Part shown: one piece after another, positions 63,955-64,000 of the stretch
Layout: every line of letters starts with the position of its first letter
Numbering within the stretch: the first letter of the stretch is position 1
Source of the DNA: an uncultured Oscillospiraceae bacterium
GTDB taxonomy: Bacteria > Bacillota > Clostridia > Oscillospirales > Ruminococcaceae
Direction of reading: 5' to 3'
DNA length: 64,000 bases
Assembly (NCBI GenBank): GCA_964370185.1
Contig: CAYJIJ010000003.1
Coordinates: forward strand, 2,349 to 66,348
The notes under the pieces: generated by a model
What the model was told of the DNA's origin: nothing
Database searches by the model: none
The model's input: the letters and a program-made list of their open reading frames with translations, nothing else
Position numbers and translations under genes: made by a program

Positions 63955-63983
63955 ATATTAATATACGCAACCCCTTTTGTCAA
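63955..63983 (-). promoter_or_regulatory. Predicted promoter of the polyamine operon
   Basis: Minus strand TTGACA, 17-nt spacer, TAATAT. This implies a 5' leader of about 350 nt. Confidence 0.55.
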
Positions 63984-64000
63984 GAGGTTATGAAGGGATT

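Overview
This 64-kb window looks like chromosome from a low-GC Gram-positive, Clostridia-like organism. That placement rests on the conserved gene strings yaaT-holB-darA, comEC-holA and phoH-ybeY-era-yqzL-recO. All calls come from reading the sequence and ORF translations; I ran no database search. From left to right the window contains: (1) three co-oriented tyrosine-recombinase genes at the window edge, the middle one catalytically degenerate. (2) An accessory-looking locus (3.6-12.2 kb) that I consider the most novel candidate: a non-pyrrolysine MttB-family methyltransferase flanked by two MmgE/PrpD paralogues, with a cobalamin-binding corrinoid protein, a PocR-AraC regulator, a GltS-type symporter, RidA and a decayed second mttB copy. 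(3) tRNA-Arg(CCG) plus a truncated 5'-half copy. (4) Housekeeping genes, including a ferredoxin, the yaaT block, queG-like, femAB-like, a DUF1846 gene, an ArsR/ArsP-like pair and proBA. (5) A 16-kb surface-polysaccharide locus (28.0-44.3 kb). It has WbpB/E/D-like diacetamido-sugar logic, an AsnB-like protein without a glutaminase nucleophile, Wzy and Wzx, and an MBOAT/DHHW pair whose catalytic motifs all appear substituted. (6) The comEC-to-cinA core genes, interspersed with unusual repeats: a 34-bp perfect palindrome, a ~140-bp tandem repeat and MITE-like inverted motifs. (7) A capD-like gene followed by an IS200/RAYT-type Y1 transposase with REP-like hairpins. (8) A six-gene polyamine operon that combines SpeD/SpeE with the carboxy(nor)spermidine dehydrogenase/decarboxylase route, behind a ~350-nt leader ending in a terminator. 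I saw no rRNA genes and no CRISPR array. Many track ORFs are antisense shadows of real genes. Three real small genes (ferredoxin, an N-rich 56-aa protein, yqzL) are shorter than the track cutoff or masked by longer ORFs.
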